Program-made: the position numbers and the translations under genes
Shown: positions 1-8,891 of the stretch, one piece after another
How positions within the stretch are numbered: position 1 is the stretch's first letter
How the letters are laid out: each line of letters opens with the position of its first letter
Assembly (NCBI GenBank): GCA_018221105.1
Contig: JAAOYA010000008.1
Location: forward strand, 1 to 64,000
Source: Candidatus Woesearchaeota archaeon
Lineage (GTDB): Archaea; Nanobdellota; Nanobdellia; Woesearchaeales; JAAOYA01
Direction: 5' to 3'
DNA: 64,000 bases
Notes under the pieces: model-generated
Databases searched by the model: none
Seen by the model: only the letters and a program-made list of their open reading frames with translations
What the model was told of the DNA's origin: nothing

Positions 1-1142
1 ACCTCTAATTCCTTGTTCTCACCAGTATCATCAGTACAACAAGCAGTAGGGTCTACTTCACCGCCAATATTCCAATAATTCACGCCAACAATATTATCGC
101 AAGCTGTTTGACTAGCATCACCGCCAAGCCACGAGCCACTACTACAATAACCACGATTAGGAATACTACCAGTAACTTGTCCAGTTGTATAACAAATACT
201 CGCCTCTGTACAATCTGTTGTAGTGTCACAACAAGCATCACTACTATCATCAAATAGAGCAGGAGCGTCACTACCCTGTGTTTCAATATCACGGTATTCG
301 CCAGCATCATCTCCACAGCAAGCTGTTGCTCCAGCGCCTTCTCCTCCAGGATTCCATGCTATTCCACCATCTCCTCCTGTGACATCACAACTAGCAACAC
401 AATAACCAGAACCTTCATCAGGATCCTCCCAAGAACCAGCACTACAATAACTATTGCCAAAAACACCAACACCATAACAAGCAGCAGTATCCTGACAAGC
501 ACCAGCATCATCAATACAATCAGTAGTTAACGTGCAACAAGCAGTAGTGTCACCACCACAAGCACCTTGACCGCTACTATCAGTACAAGTTTGTACTCGC
601 TCGCCAGTATCATCACCACAACAAGTAGTAGAAGCTACTTCACCACCTATACTCCAATCGTAAGAGCTTGGGTACGCGAATCCAGGTGCACAATTAGCGT
701 TTTCGCAATGTCCTTGTTGACCATCCCAATCAACTGTGTACACTAAAATACCGCTAACAGAACTACTTGTTGAATAGCCAGTACAACTTGTTTGAGAGTC
801 GCTAGGACAAATCGAGTAAACATACTGGTTAGGCGCCACGTTAGCATCGCTTGAATGATAAATTCTTAGTTGAGAATAAATGTTTCCTTCAACAGCACAA
901 TATGAAGGGCTAGCAACTGTTCCAACATTTTTGTTGCAAACATATCCATTTGTTTGATCATGATTTTCATTGCTAATAGTAGTATCACACCGAACAGCCC
1001 AGCCTTCAATACTGGTGGTTATAGTGTTATAATCTCCTTGCCATATTCTAAAATCATAATTATCTGGAGCGTAATCGATTGCAAAAGTGATTGTTGAAAA
1101 TAAAACAACTAGTATCAAAGATATAAACAGTTGTTTTTTCAT
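1..1142 (-). CDS. Secreted Cys-rich repeat protein (runs off the window start)
   Basis: Hand translation from ATG at 1142 is open to the window edge. MKKQLFISLILVVLFSTITFA signal peptide, then about 95-100 aa repeats with W-x-(I/P)-GGE...CC(G/T)DD-x-GE. Absent from the ORF track because it has no stop in the window. Confidence 0.9.
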   Translation of the reverse strand, partial: MKKQLFISLILVVLFSTITFAIDYAPDNYDFRIWQGDYNTITTSIEGWAVRCDTTISNENHDQTNGYVCNKNVGTVASPSYCAVEGNIYSQLRIYHSSDANVAPNQYVYSICPSDSQTSCTGYSTSSSVSGILVYTVDWDGQQGHCENANCAPGFAYPSSYDWSIGGEVASTTCCGDDTGERVQTCTDSSGQGACGGDTTACCTLTTDCIDDAGACQDTAACYGVGVFGNSYCSAGSWEDPDEGSGYCVASCDVTGGDGGIAWNPGGEGAGATACCGDDAGEYRDIETQGSDAPALFDDSSDACCDTTTDCTEASICYTTGQVTGSIPNRGYCSSGSWLGGDASQTACDNIVGVNYWNIGGEVDPTACCTDDTGENKELE

Positions 1143-1272
1143 AAAATTCATAAACGTCACACTCTTTAAAGTATTTTTAAATAAAAACTCTGTTTTATCG
1201 TATATAAAACTTTCCCTATGTCTCGAGAAAAAAGAATAAGTTTAATAAAACTAAAGTTTTGGTTTTTTGAGT

Positions 1273-3618
1273 ATGTTTAAACGGGTGGATGTAAAAACTG
1301 GATTTTCGTGTAATAATAATTGTTTGTTTTGTGTGCAAGCAGATAACAAGCTTAAAAATAATAGGTCTTTTAATGATATTAAAGAAGATTTGGAGGATTC
1401 TAGAAAACGCTGTGATGGCGTGGTTTTAACAGGTGGAGAAGTAACAATTAGAAAAGATTTTTTTGATATTGTAACTTTAGCAAAAAAATTAGATTATAAG
1501 ACTGTTCAAGTACAAACTAATGCTCGAATGTTTGCAAACCTAGATTTTTGCAAGAAAACTATTGCTACTGGAGCTACAGAGTTCAGCCCTGCGTTGCACG
1601 GCCATGATGCAGCGCAGCATGACTTTTTAACACAAACGCCTGGCAGTTTTGTTCAAACTATTAAAGGTATCAAAAACTTAAAGGCATTAAACGCCAAAAT
1701 TCTCACAAATACTGTTGTCACACAGCAAAACTATCAAGATTTGCCAAAAATAGCACAATTGCTAGTCAAACTTGGCGTTGACCAGTTTCAATTTGCTTTT
1801 ATTCATCCAATGGGTAATGCTTGGAAGAATTTTGATCAAGTAGTGCCCAGTATTTCCAAAGCGGCACCATACATCCACCAAGCACTCAGTATTGGTGCTG
1901 CTGCGGGAATAACTGTTATGGCTGAAGCAATGCCTTACTGCCACATGCAAGGCTATGAAGATTATATTGCTGAAAAAGTTATCCCCGAAGCTGAAATAAG
2001 AGGGTCAAAGCATCAAAACACTGATAGTTTTACAACACAACGTAAAGTATATGGCAAACAAAAATTTGTACAGTGTAAAAAATGCTATTATGATAATGTT
2101 TGCGAGGGCCCGTGGAAAGAATACCCGCAAAAAAAAGGAAATGAAGAATTCACTCCATTAGAAAAAAAATACGCATTATTTAGATCTAATGTCCTTAACG
2201 ACATGAGGGATTACATTTTTGACTCTAAAAAAATACAAGAAAAATTAAAGTTATCTGAAAAAATTTTATTTAATTTATCAAAAAAAAAAACAGAATCTAC
2301 TAAGTACTTATTTACATCTATGTTTTTTCGTGTTAATAAACATATAATGATAACTCCTAAAAAATTTAGAGAACTATGGAGGGAAAAAATTCGTAATAAC
2401 ACATTATCTTCTTTTAATTTATTTAATTTATACCTTCACATCCCTTTTTGTAAAACAAAATGCGATTATTGCATGTACTACTCAACTGAAAACAAAACAA
2501 AAAAAGAGATTGATGATTATTTAGAGAATTTAATAAAAAAAATAAAGTATTTTTCTCCTGTTTTTTCTAAAATAATTTTTCAAAACGTTTTTATTGGTGG
2601 GGGAACACCCAGCATATTAGATGAAAAACAACTTCATTATTTACTTAGTAACATATACAAACATTATACTTTCAATAATGATGGTGAAATAAATTTTGAG
2701 GTAAATCCTACTAGTATAACTTCTTCAAAGCTTAAAATACTAAAAAAATATGGTTTTAATAGAATTAGCATGGGCGTTCAATCTCTTGACCCTAAAGTAT
2801 TAGAATATGCTAATAGAAAAAATCAGGATTACCAAAAAATAAAAGAAACTATAGAACTTGCTAAGAGTTTAGGATTAGAAGTAAATATTGATTTAATGAT
2901 AGGACTACAGCATGATAATCCTGAAAAATTATTATCTTCTTTTAATAAAATAATGAATATGAGGCCTCAGAGTATTAGTTTATATCCTTTAAAACCAAGT
3001 TATGAATATCTAAAATATCATTACTCACAAGATGAGAAAAAATTTTTTGATTATATAAATAATGAAATAATTGAATTTTTAAAGATTATCAAACCTATAG
3101 CAAAAAAACACGACTATACAACCCCTCATCTAATAACTATTTCTGAAGGATATTGTGGCACTTTTCGTGATAAAAAAACAAGCAATATAAAAAAAAAGAA
3201 AAAAGGTTATTATACAAATGTTCCTTATTCTATATTCGGTCTTGGTCCTAATTCTCTTTCAAAAATTTCTGGAATCTTTAGATGTAATGAAATAGCAATC
3301 CAAAACTCAAAATTTAATGAAAATTCTCTTTCTTATTCAGGAAGCGTTGCTACGATAAAAGATGATATAAGAGATTATATTTTAGATAACTTTGCCAAAA
3401 AATCCCCGCTCATAATATCAAATTTTAAAAAAGTTTTTGGGACAAGCATTTTTGAAGTTTTCCCCCAAACACTACATTTTTTAATTAAAGAAAATAAAGT
3501 GAATATAAAGGATGATAAATTAATTTTTTTACCTAATGATTTTAATGAAATTTTTAAGTATGGTTTATTATTTTGGAATAAAAAAGAACTAAACAATTTT
3601 TTAAATTACACAACCTAA
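1273..3618 (+). CDS. Two-domain radical SAM protein: HxsC-like domain fused to HemN-like domain
   Basis: N-terminal CNNNCLFC, TGGE, QTN, PYC and CKKCYYDNVCEG. Second domain LYLHIPFCKTKCDYC, IGGGTPS, RISMGVQS. ATG at 1273 preferred over TTG at 1267. Confidence 0.85.
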   Translation: MFKRVDVKTGFSCNNNCLFCVQADNKLKNNRSFNDIKEDLEDSRKRCDGVVLTGGEVTIRKDFFDIVTLAKKLDYKTVQVQTNARMFANLDFCKKTIATGATEFSPALHGHDAAQHDFLTQTPGSFVQTIKGIKNLKALNAKILTNTVVTQQNYQDLPKIAQLLVKLGVDQFQFAFIHPMGNAWKNFDQVVPSISKAAPYIHQALSIGAAAGITVMAEAMPYCHMQGYEDYIAEKVIPEAEIRGSKHQNTDSFTTQRKVYGKQKFVQCKKCYYDNVCEGPWKEYPQKKGNEEFTPLEKKYALFRSNVLNDMRDYIFDSKKIQEKLKLSEKILFNLSKKKTESTKYLFTSMFFRVNKHIMITPKKFRELWREKIRNNTLSSFNLFNLYLHIPFCKTKCDYCMYYSTENKTKKEIDDYLENLIKKIKYFSPVFSKIIFQNVFIGGGTPSILDEKQLHYLLSNIYKHYTFNNDGEINFEVNPTSITSSKLKILKKYGFNRISMGVQSLDPKVLEYANRKNQDYQKIKETIELAKSLGLEVNIDLMIGLQHDNPEKLLSSFNKIMNMRPQSISLYPLKPSYEYLKYHYSQDEKKFFDYINNEIIEFLKIIKPIAKKHDYTTPHLITISEGYCGTFRDKKTSNIKKKKKGYYTNVPYSIFGLGPNSLSKISGIFRCNEIAIQNSKFNENSLSYSGSVATIKDDIRDYILDNFAKKSPLIISNFKKVFGTSIFEVFPQTLHFLIKENKVNIKDDKLIFLPNDFNEIFKYGLLFWNKKELNNFLNYTT

Positions 3619-3622
3619 AAAA

Positions 3623-4945
3623 ATGACAATTATAACGCCCCTAACAAATATATGTAATCAACACTGTATTTATTGTTCTTCACATAATAGAAAAGAAAAT
3701 TCTAGAGAAGAAATCATAAAATCTATAATCGCTGAAGATAATCATTTAATTTTTAGTGGAGGAGAAACAACGCTTGCCAAAAATTTATTTAAGTATTTAT
3801 CAAAAGCTAAAAAAAAAGATTTATTTATTGAACTACAAACAAATGGCGTTACAAGTTCTTATTTTTCTTTTGCAAAAAAACTTGTTTCTTCAAAAATAGA
3901 TCTTTTTAATGTGTCTTTTCCTTCATTTAATTCAGAAACTTATCAAAAAATTACTAAAACTTTTTATTACGATAAATGTGTTAAAGGTATCAAAAACATA
4001 ATAGGTTTAAAAGGAAATGTTAGAATAACTAATGTTATCAATAATCTAAATTATAAAGAGCTTCCTGACTTAGTACGATTTGTAAAAAAAGAATTTAGTG
4101 GATTAAACTTATTAGAACTAAATTTTGTAAAAGGTGTTGGTCTTGCAAAAAATAATAAAGAAGTTATCCCAAAACATAAAGAAATTAGTAAATATTTAGT
4201 TGAAGCTCTTCGTTTTTGTTTGAATCAAGAAATAAATGTTATTGTTGATCACATTCCTCTTTGCTACTTAAAAGGTTTTGAAGATTTAAGTGTTGATTTT
4301 CAAAAAATAGTAAATAATAAAGATAAGACTTTCTTAGATGAAAAAATTAAGATAAAAAAATGCAAAGATTGTGATATTAAAAATTTTTGTACAGGTATCA
4401 GAAAAGACTATTATGAATTATATAAAGAAGAAGTTAATCCCGTCTCAACTATTTTTAATATTGATGATATTTCAGAAAATATTAGTAAAGAAAAAGATTT
4501 ATTAAAAAAAAGGTTCGATTTCTTTATAAAATATGACATTCCTTTTCAATTGATCAACTATCCTTTATGTATTTTTAGAAGTTATAAAAAATATGTTAAG
4601 AAAACAAAAGATTTTAAAAAGCCAAACAGTTGTAATGAATGTCGATACTTAAAAGAATGTGCAGGAATTCCAAAAAAATATTTTGAAAAAAATGGTTCTT
4701 CTGAATTTATTGCCATTAACGAAAAAGCTTTTTTAACTAACAGAGAAAAATGTATTCTTAGTATACTTAATTATAAGAATGATTTAACTACAAAAGAAAT
4801 TTTTTCTTTAACATCAAAGTTTAATATTTGTGCTGATTGTTCTTCTAGTGATAATAGCATTATCGTAGCTAGAAAACTTGAAAAAAAAAATAAACTTAGT
4901 AAAAAATTAACAAAAAAAGGGTATGTGTGGAGCTTAAAAAAATGA
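3623..4945 (+). CDS. HxsC-like radical SAM protein with duplicated Cys module and C-terminal helix-turn-helix-like tail
   Basis: CNQHCIYC, SGGE, QTNG. PLC...CKDCDIKNFCTG and a second PLC...CNECRYLKECAG. Confidence 0.8.
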   Translation: MTIITPLTNICNQHCIYCSSHNRKENSREEIIKSIIAEDNHLIFSGGETTLAKNLFKYLSKAKKKDLFIELQTNGVTSSYFSFAKKLVSSKIDLFNVSFPSFNSETYQKITKTFYYDKCVKGIKNIIGLKGNVRITNVINNLNYKELPDLVRFVKKEFSGLNLLELNFVKGVGLAKNNKEVIPKHKEISKYLVEALRFCLNQEINVIVDHIPLCYLKGFEDLSVDFQKIVNNKDKTFLDEKIKIKKCKDCDIKNFCTGIRKDYYELYKEEVNPVSTIFNIDDISENISKEKDLLKKRFDFFIKYDIPFQLINYPLCIFRSYKKYVKKTKDFKKPNSCNECRYLKECAGIPKKYFEKNGSSEFIAINEKAFLTNREKCILSILNYKNDLTTKEIFSLTSKFNICADCSSSDNSIIVARKLEKKNKLSKKLTKKGYVWSLKK

Positions 4946-6189
4946 AAGATATACGAGAAGATTTTCCAATTTTAAATAAAAAAATAAATGGTAAAAGACT
5001 TATTTATTTTGATAATGCTTGTTCTATTCTTAAACCGAAAAGTGTTATTAATGCCATAAATTATTATTATACACATTTAGGTGCTTGTGCGGGGGAAAGA
5101 ACTTCTTATTCTATAAGTAGGAAAACCGATGAGTTATGCGAGAAAAGTAGATTTAAAACACAAAAATTTATTGGTGCTAAGTCTGCTTCTGAGATTATAT
5201 GGACAAAAAACGCCACTGAATCTATTAATTTAATAGCTAATTCTCTTGATTATTCTAAAAGAAACAAAATTATTCTTAGTAGTAATTCTCATCATAGTTT
5301 ATTGTTGCCTTTTTATGAGCAAATTAAAAAAAAGAAAATTAAATTAAAAATCATTGATTGTAATAAAAACGGCCAAATATCCTCTGAAAAATTAAAAGAA
5401 GTTGTTGATAATAAAACAGCTTTGGTCGGAATTACTCATGCTTCAAATGTTACTGGGAGAGTTGAGGATTTAAAAAGTTTTTGTGAAATCTCTCAAGATA
5501 AAGGAGCATTAGTTTTAAGTGATAGTTCACAATTCGTTAGCCATCATAAATTAGATGTATTAAAAAATAATGTTGATTTCTTGGCTTTTTCAGCTCATAA
5601 ACTTGGAGGTCCAACAGGCCTTGGAATTCTTTATGGAAAAGAAGAAGCTTCAAAGAATTTATCTAATTTTATTGTTGGAGGCAACACTATCAAGACAGTT
5701 GATTATTTTAATAATTCTTTAAGTGTAAATTATTCTAATCAACCTAAAAGATTTGAAGCCGGATTACAAAATTATTCTGGGATAATTGGATTTGGAGAAT
5801 TAGTTAAATATTTAGAAAAAGTAGGATTGGGTAATATAGAAGAATATGAAAAAATACTAAGTGCTTATTTCTTAAAAAAAATAAGTTCTTTAAAAGATGT
5901 TATAGTTTTTGATGACTCAAATAATAAAATTAGAAACCCTACTTTTTCTTTTAAATTAAAAAAAGATGTTTCCCCTAAAGATTTTAGCATTTATCTAAAT
6001 GAGTTACCTAAAAATGAATTTGCAATTAGAACAGGAACTCATTGCGCTAATCCATTACATCAAGCCTTAGGCATGGATTATAAGAAAGGGGAAGGAAGTA
6101 TTAGGGCGTCTCTTTTCGCGTATAATACAAAAGAAGAAATTAATTTATTTTTTGAAGCTCTAAGTAGTTTTTTAGATTTAATAAGATGA
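4942..6189 (+). CDS. sufS: SufS-type (group II) PLP-dependent cysteine desulfurase
   Basis: IREDFPIL...YFDNA, FSAHKLGGPTG (PLP lysine), RTGTHCA (catalytic Cys loop). ATGA overlap with the upstream stop at 4942-4945. Confidence 0.85.
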   Translation: MKDIREDFPILNKKINGKRLIYFDNACSILKPKSVINAINYYYTHLGACAGERTSYSISRKTDELCEKSRFKTQKFIGAKSASEIIWTKNATESINLIANSLDYSKRNKIILSSNSHHSLLLPFYEQIKKKKIKLKIIDCNKNGQISSEKLKEVVDNKTALVGITHASNVTGRVEDLKSFCEISQDKGALVLSDSSQFVSHHKLDVLKNNVDFLAFSAHKLGGPTGLGILYGKEEASKNLSNFIVGGNTIKTVDYFNNSLSVNYSNQPKRFEAGLQNYSGIIGFGELVKYLEKVGLGNIEEYEKILSAYFLKKISSLKDVIVFDDSNNKIRNPTFSFKLKKDVSPKDFSIYLNELPKNEFAIRTGTHCANPLHQALGMDYKKGEGSIRASLFAYNTKEEINLFFEALSSFLDLIR

Positions 6190-7091
6190 AAAAAGAAAAA
6201 AGTGAAGTAAATTTTTTTGATATTATGAGTAGTTATAAATGTAATCAAAATTGTTTATTTTGTTCTGTAGAATATCAAAAGAGAAAAATGCAAAGAAGCA
6301 CTTTTGATATCAAAAAGGATGTTTTAGAAGCTAAAAAAGAAGGAATAAAAAATATTGGTTTTAGTGGAGGAGAACCAACATTAAGAAAAGATATTTTTGA
6401 ATTATCACGTTTTGCAAAAAAAGAAGGTTTTAAATTAATAAGATTACAAACAAATGGTATATTATTAGCATATGATAATTATTGTAATAAATTAGTTGAT
6501 TCTGGAATTAATTATTTTAAGATATCAATACATTCTCACATTCCAGAAATACATGATTATTTAACACAAACAAAAGGAAGTTTTAAACAAACAAACAAAG
6601 CTATACAAAATCTTATTGAATTAAATCAGCCTGTAGAACTTAATTATGTTATAAGTAAACATAATTATAAATTTATTCCCCAGTTTGTTGAGTATTTTAG
6701 TAACAAAGGAATTAGTAAATTTTGTTTTATTTATCAAATTTATTGTGGCAATGCGTATGATAATAAAAGAATTATTAGTGTAAAGATAAGTGAAATTACT
6801 CCTTTTCTAAAAGAAGCTCTTAACATAATTGATGATTATGATTTAGACAAAGGTATAGTTTTTAACATCCCTTTTTGTTTATTACCAAAATACCATGAGC
6901 GGTGCGTTCAGATTTTTAATACTAAGGTTTCAACCCCTGAAAAAATAATGCAAAATGTTGATCTTGATGGAAAGGAAGACAAAATAAAATTTGATAGGTG
7001 TAAAAATTGCAAGTATGAAAAAAAATGTTATGGTGTTTGGAAAACTTACGTTAAACTATTTGGAGAAAAAGAATTCAATCCTATAAAATGA
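6186..7091 (+). CDS. HxsC-like radical SAM protein
   Basis: CNQNCLFC, SGGEPT, QTNG, PFC, CKNCKYEKKCYG. Confidence 0.85.
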   Translation: MKKEKSEVNFFDIMSSYKCNQNCLFCSVEYQKRKMQRSTFDIKKDVLEAKKEGIKNIGFSGGEPTLRKDIFELSRFAKKEGFKLIRLQTNGILLAYDNYCNKLVDSGINYFKISIHSHIPEIHDYLTQTKGSFKQTNKAIQNLIELNQPVELNYVISKHNYKFIPQFVEYFSNKGISKFCFIYQIYCGNAYDNKRIISVKISEITPFLKEALNIIDDYDLDKGIVFNIPFCLLPKYHERCVQIFNTKVSTPEKIMQNVDLDGKEDKIKFDRCKNCKYEKKCYGVWKTYVKLFGEKEFNPIK

Positions 7092-7993
7092 ATAAAAAAA
7101 AAATTGGTTTAAATGCAATTCATAGAAAAAATAATTATAGTTTTATACCTATTATTTTTAAATGTAATGATAATTGTATTTCTTGTATTGTTGAAAAAAA
7201 TAAAAGGAACAAATTAAGAACTCCTACTTTAAAAAATATTAAAGAAGACATAGATAGGATAGCAAAATACTCAACTCATTTAGAGATAAATGGCGGGGAA
7301 CCCACCTTAAGAGAGGACATATTAAAAATAATCTCTTATGCTCATTCTAAACCAACAATTAAACACCTTTCTTTATTAACAAATACTAGAATGTTATCTT
7401 ATAGTTCTTTAGTTAAAAAACTTGCTAATTTTCATAAATTAAAAATTGTGACAACTCTTTATGGTCATGATAGTAAAACTCATAATTCAATTACTAGAAA
7501 TCCTGAGAGTTTTAATCAAAAACTAAAAGGGATAAAAAACATAATAAAAGAAAATATTGAATTAGAATTAAGAATATTAGTTCATAAAATGAATTATTTA
7601 GATATTAATAATATTTCTAAGTTCATAATTTCAAATTTTAATCCTAACAATTTTTCATCTATTATTTTTATGAGTCCAAAAATGACTGGGGAAGCAAAGA
7701 ATAATAAGAATGCTATTCACATTTCAATTAAAAAAAGTATTAAAGAACTAATTCAGGCTATTAAAATATTAGAAAAAACTGGTTTTAACATCACTCTTAG
7801 ACATTACCCTCTTTGTGTATTGCCTAATAAATTATGGAAATATGCATCTAGTGTAACCGCTGAAGAAACAGAGATATTTTTTCCTAAAAAATGTGATTTT
7901 TGTACTCAAAAAAAATCTTGTTCCGGGATTTGGAAAAGTTATTATGACCTCTACAAGGATTATGAATTAAAACCAATAAAAAATGAAAAATAA
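7088..7993 (+). CDS. HxsC-like radical SAM protein
   Basis: CNDNCISC, NGGEPT, LTN, ELRILV, YPLC, CDFCTQKKSCSG. Confidence 0.85.
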   Translation: MNKKKIGLNAIHRKNNYSFIPIIFKCNDNCISCIVEKNKRNKLRTPTLKNIKEDIDRIAKYSTHLEINGGEPTLREDILKIISYAHSKPTIKHLSLLTNTRMLSYSSLVKKLANFHKLKIVTTLYGHDSKTHNSITRNPESFNQKLKGIKNIIKENIELELRILVHKMNYLDINNISKFIISNFNPNNFSSIIFMSPKMTGEAKNNKNAIHISIKKSIKELIQAIKILEKTGFNITLRHYPLCVLPNKLWKYASSVTAEETEIFFPKKCDFCTQKKSCSGIWKSYYDLYKDYELKPIKNEK

Positions 7994-8891
7994 AAAAATA
8001 AAAAAATCTGTTATATTTATGGGATATTCATGCAACAATAAATGCGTTTTTTGTTGTAATGAGAATAAAAGAAATATAAAAGAGAAGTCTTTTGATCAAA
8101 TTAAAAAAATATTGATCAAATTAAAAAAAGAAGGTTACACTTATTTAGAACTTATTGGGGGGGAACCAACAATTAGAAAAGATTTTTTAAAAATAATAAG
8201 ATTAGCAAAAAAGTTAAGTTTTGAAACAATAATGTTTGCTACTAATGGAAGAATGTTATCGAACTATGATTTTGCAAAGAAAGTTATTGATGCTGGAGTA
8301 AATCATATAGTTTTTTCAATTCATGGGCACACTAAAGAATTACATAATCAATTAACCCAATCTCCGAAAAGTTTTGAACAATTAATTAAGGGCATTACTA
8401 ATCTTAAAAAATTAGGTTTTACAAATATTGGATCAAACACTACGATAGTAAAACAAAATTGTGATTATCTTAAAAGAATTGGCGAATTAATTTATAATTT
8501 AGGAATTAAAAATGCTGAATTTATTTTTGTTGATCCAACACATGGCGCGCCTAATCACAATTTTGAAACATTAGTTCCCAATTATGAAGATTGTTCTTCC
8601 CAGATAAACAAATTATTAGAATTTGCTACAAATAATAATTTAAACTATTTTAATATTAGATATTATCCTCTTTGTTTTATTGATAAAAAATATCATGATA
8701 AGATCAGTGAAATAAATGAGGTTGAAGTTTTTGATGTCTCTCATTTAGCTCCTGATTATAATAATATTGATGCGTTAAAATCAAGAAAAATAGTATCAAG
8801 AAAAAAAATTGAGAAGTGTAATAATTGTGATTATTTTAATATCTGCGAGGGTTATTGGGTAGAATATATTAAAAATAAAAAAATAAAATGA
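7983..8891 (+). CDS. HxsC-like radical SAM protein
   Basis: CNNKCVFC, GGEPT, ATNG, YPLC, CNNCDYFNICEG. Confidence 0.85.
   Translation: MKNKKIKKSVIFMGYSCNNKCVFCCNENKRNIKEKSFDQIKKILIKLKKEGYTYLELIGGEPTIRKDFLKIIRLAKKLSFETIMFATNGRMLSNYDFAKKVIDAGVNHIVFSIHGHTKELHNQLTQSPKSFEQLIKGITNLKKLGFTNIGSNTTIVKQNCDYLKRIGELIYNLGIKNAEFIFVDPTHGAPNHNFETLVPNYEDCSSQINKLLEFATNNNLNYFNIRYYPLCFIDKKYHDKISEINEVEVFDVSHLAPDYNNIDALKSRKIVSRKKIEKCNNCDYFNICEGYWVEYIKNKKIK

Noticed and set aside
80..405. Short ORFs 80-316 (-) and 223-405 (+)
   Set aside because: They are alternative frames of the long Cys-rich gene that starts at 1142.
2280..2290. Poly-A tract as a phase-variation switch in the fusion linker
   Set aside because: Similar A-runs are frequent throughout this AT-rich region (for example 4881 and 11271) and the frames are intact.
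2400..3618. HemN as a heme biosynthesis enzyme
   Set aside because: It is fused to an HxsC-like domain with no tetrapyrrole genes nearby. Only the fold family is supported.
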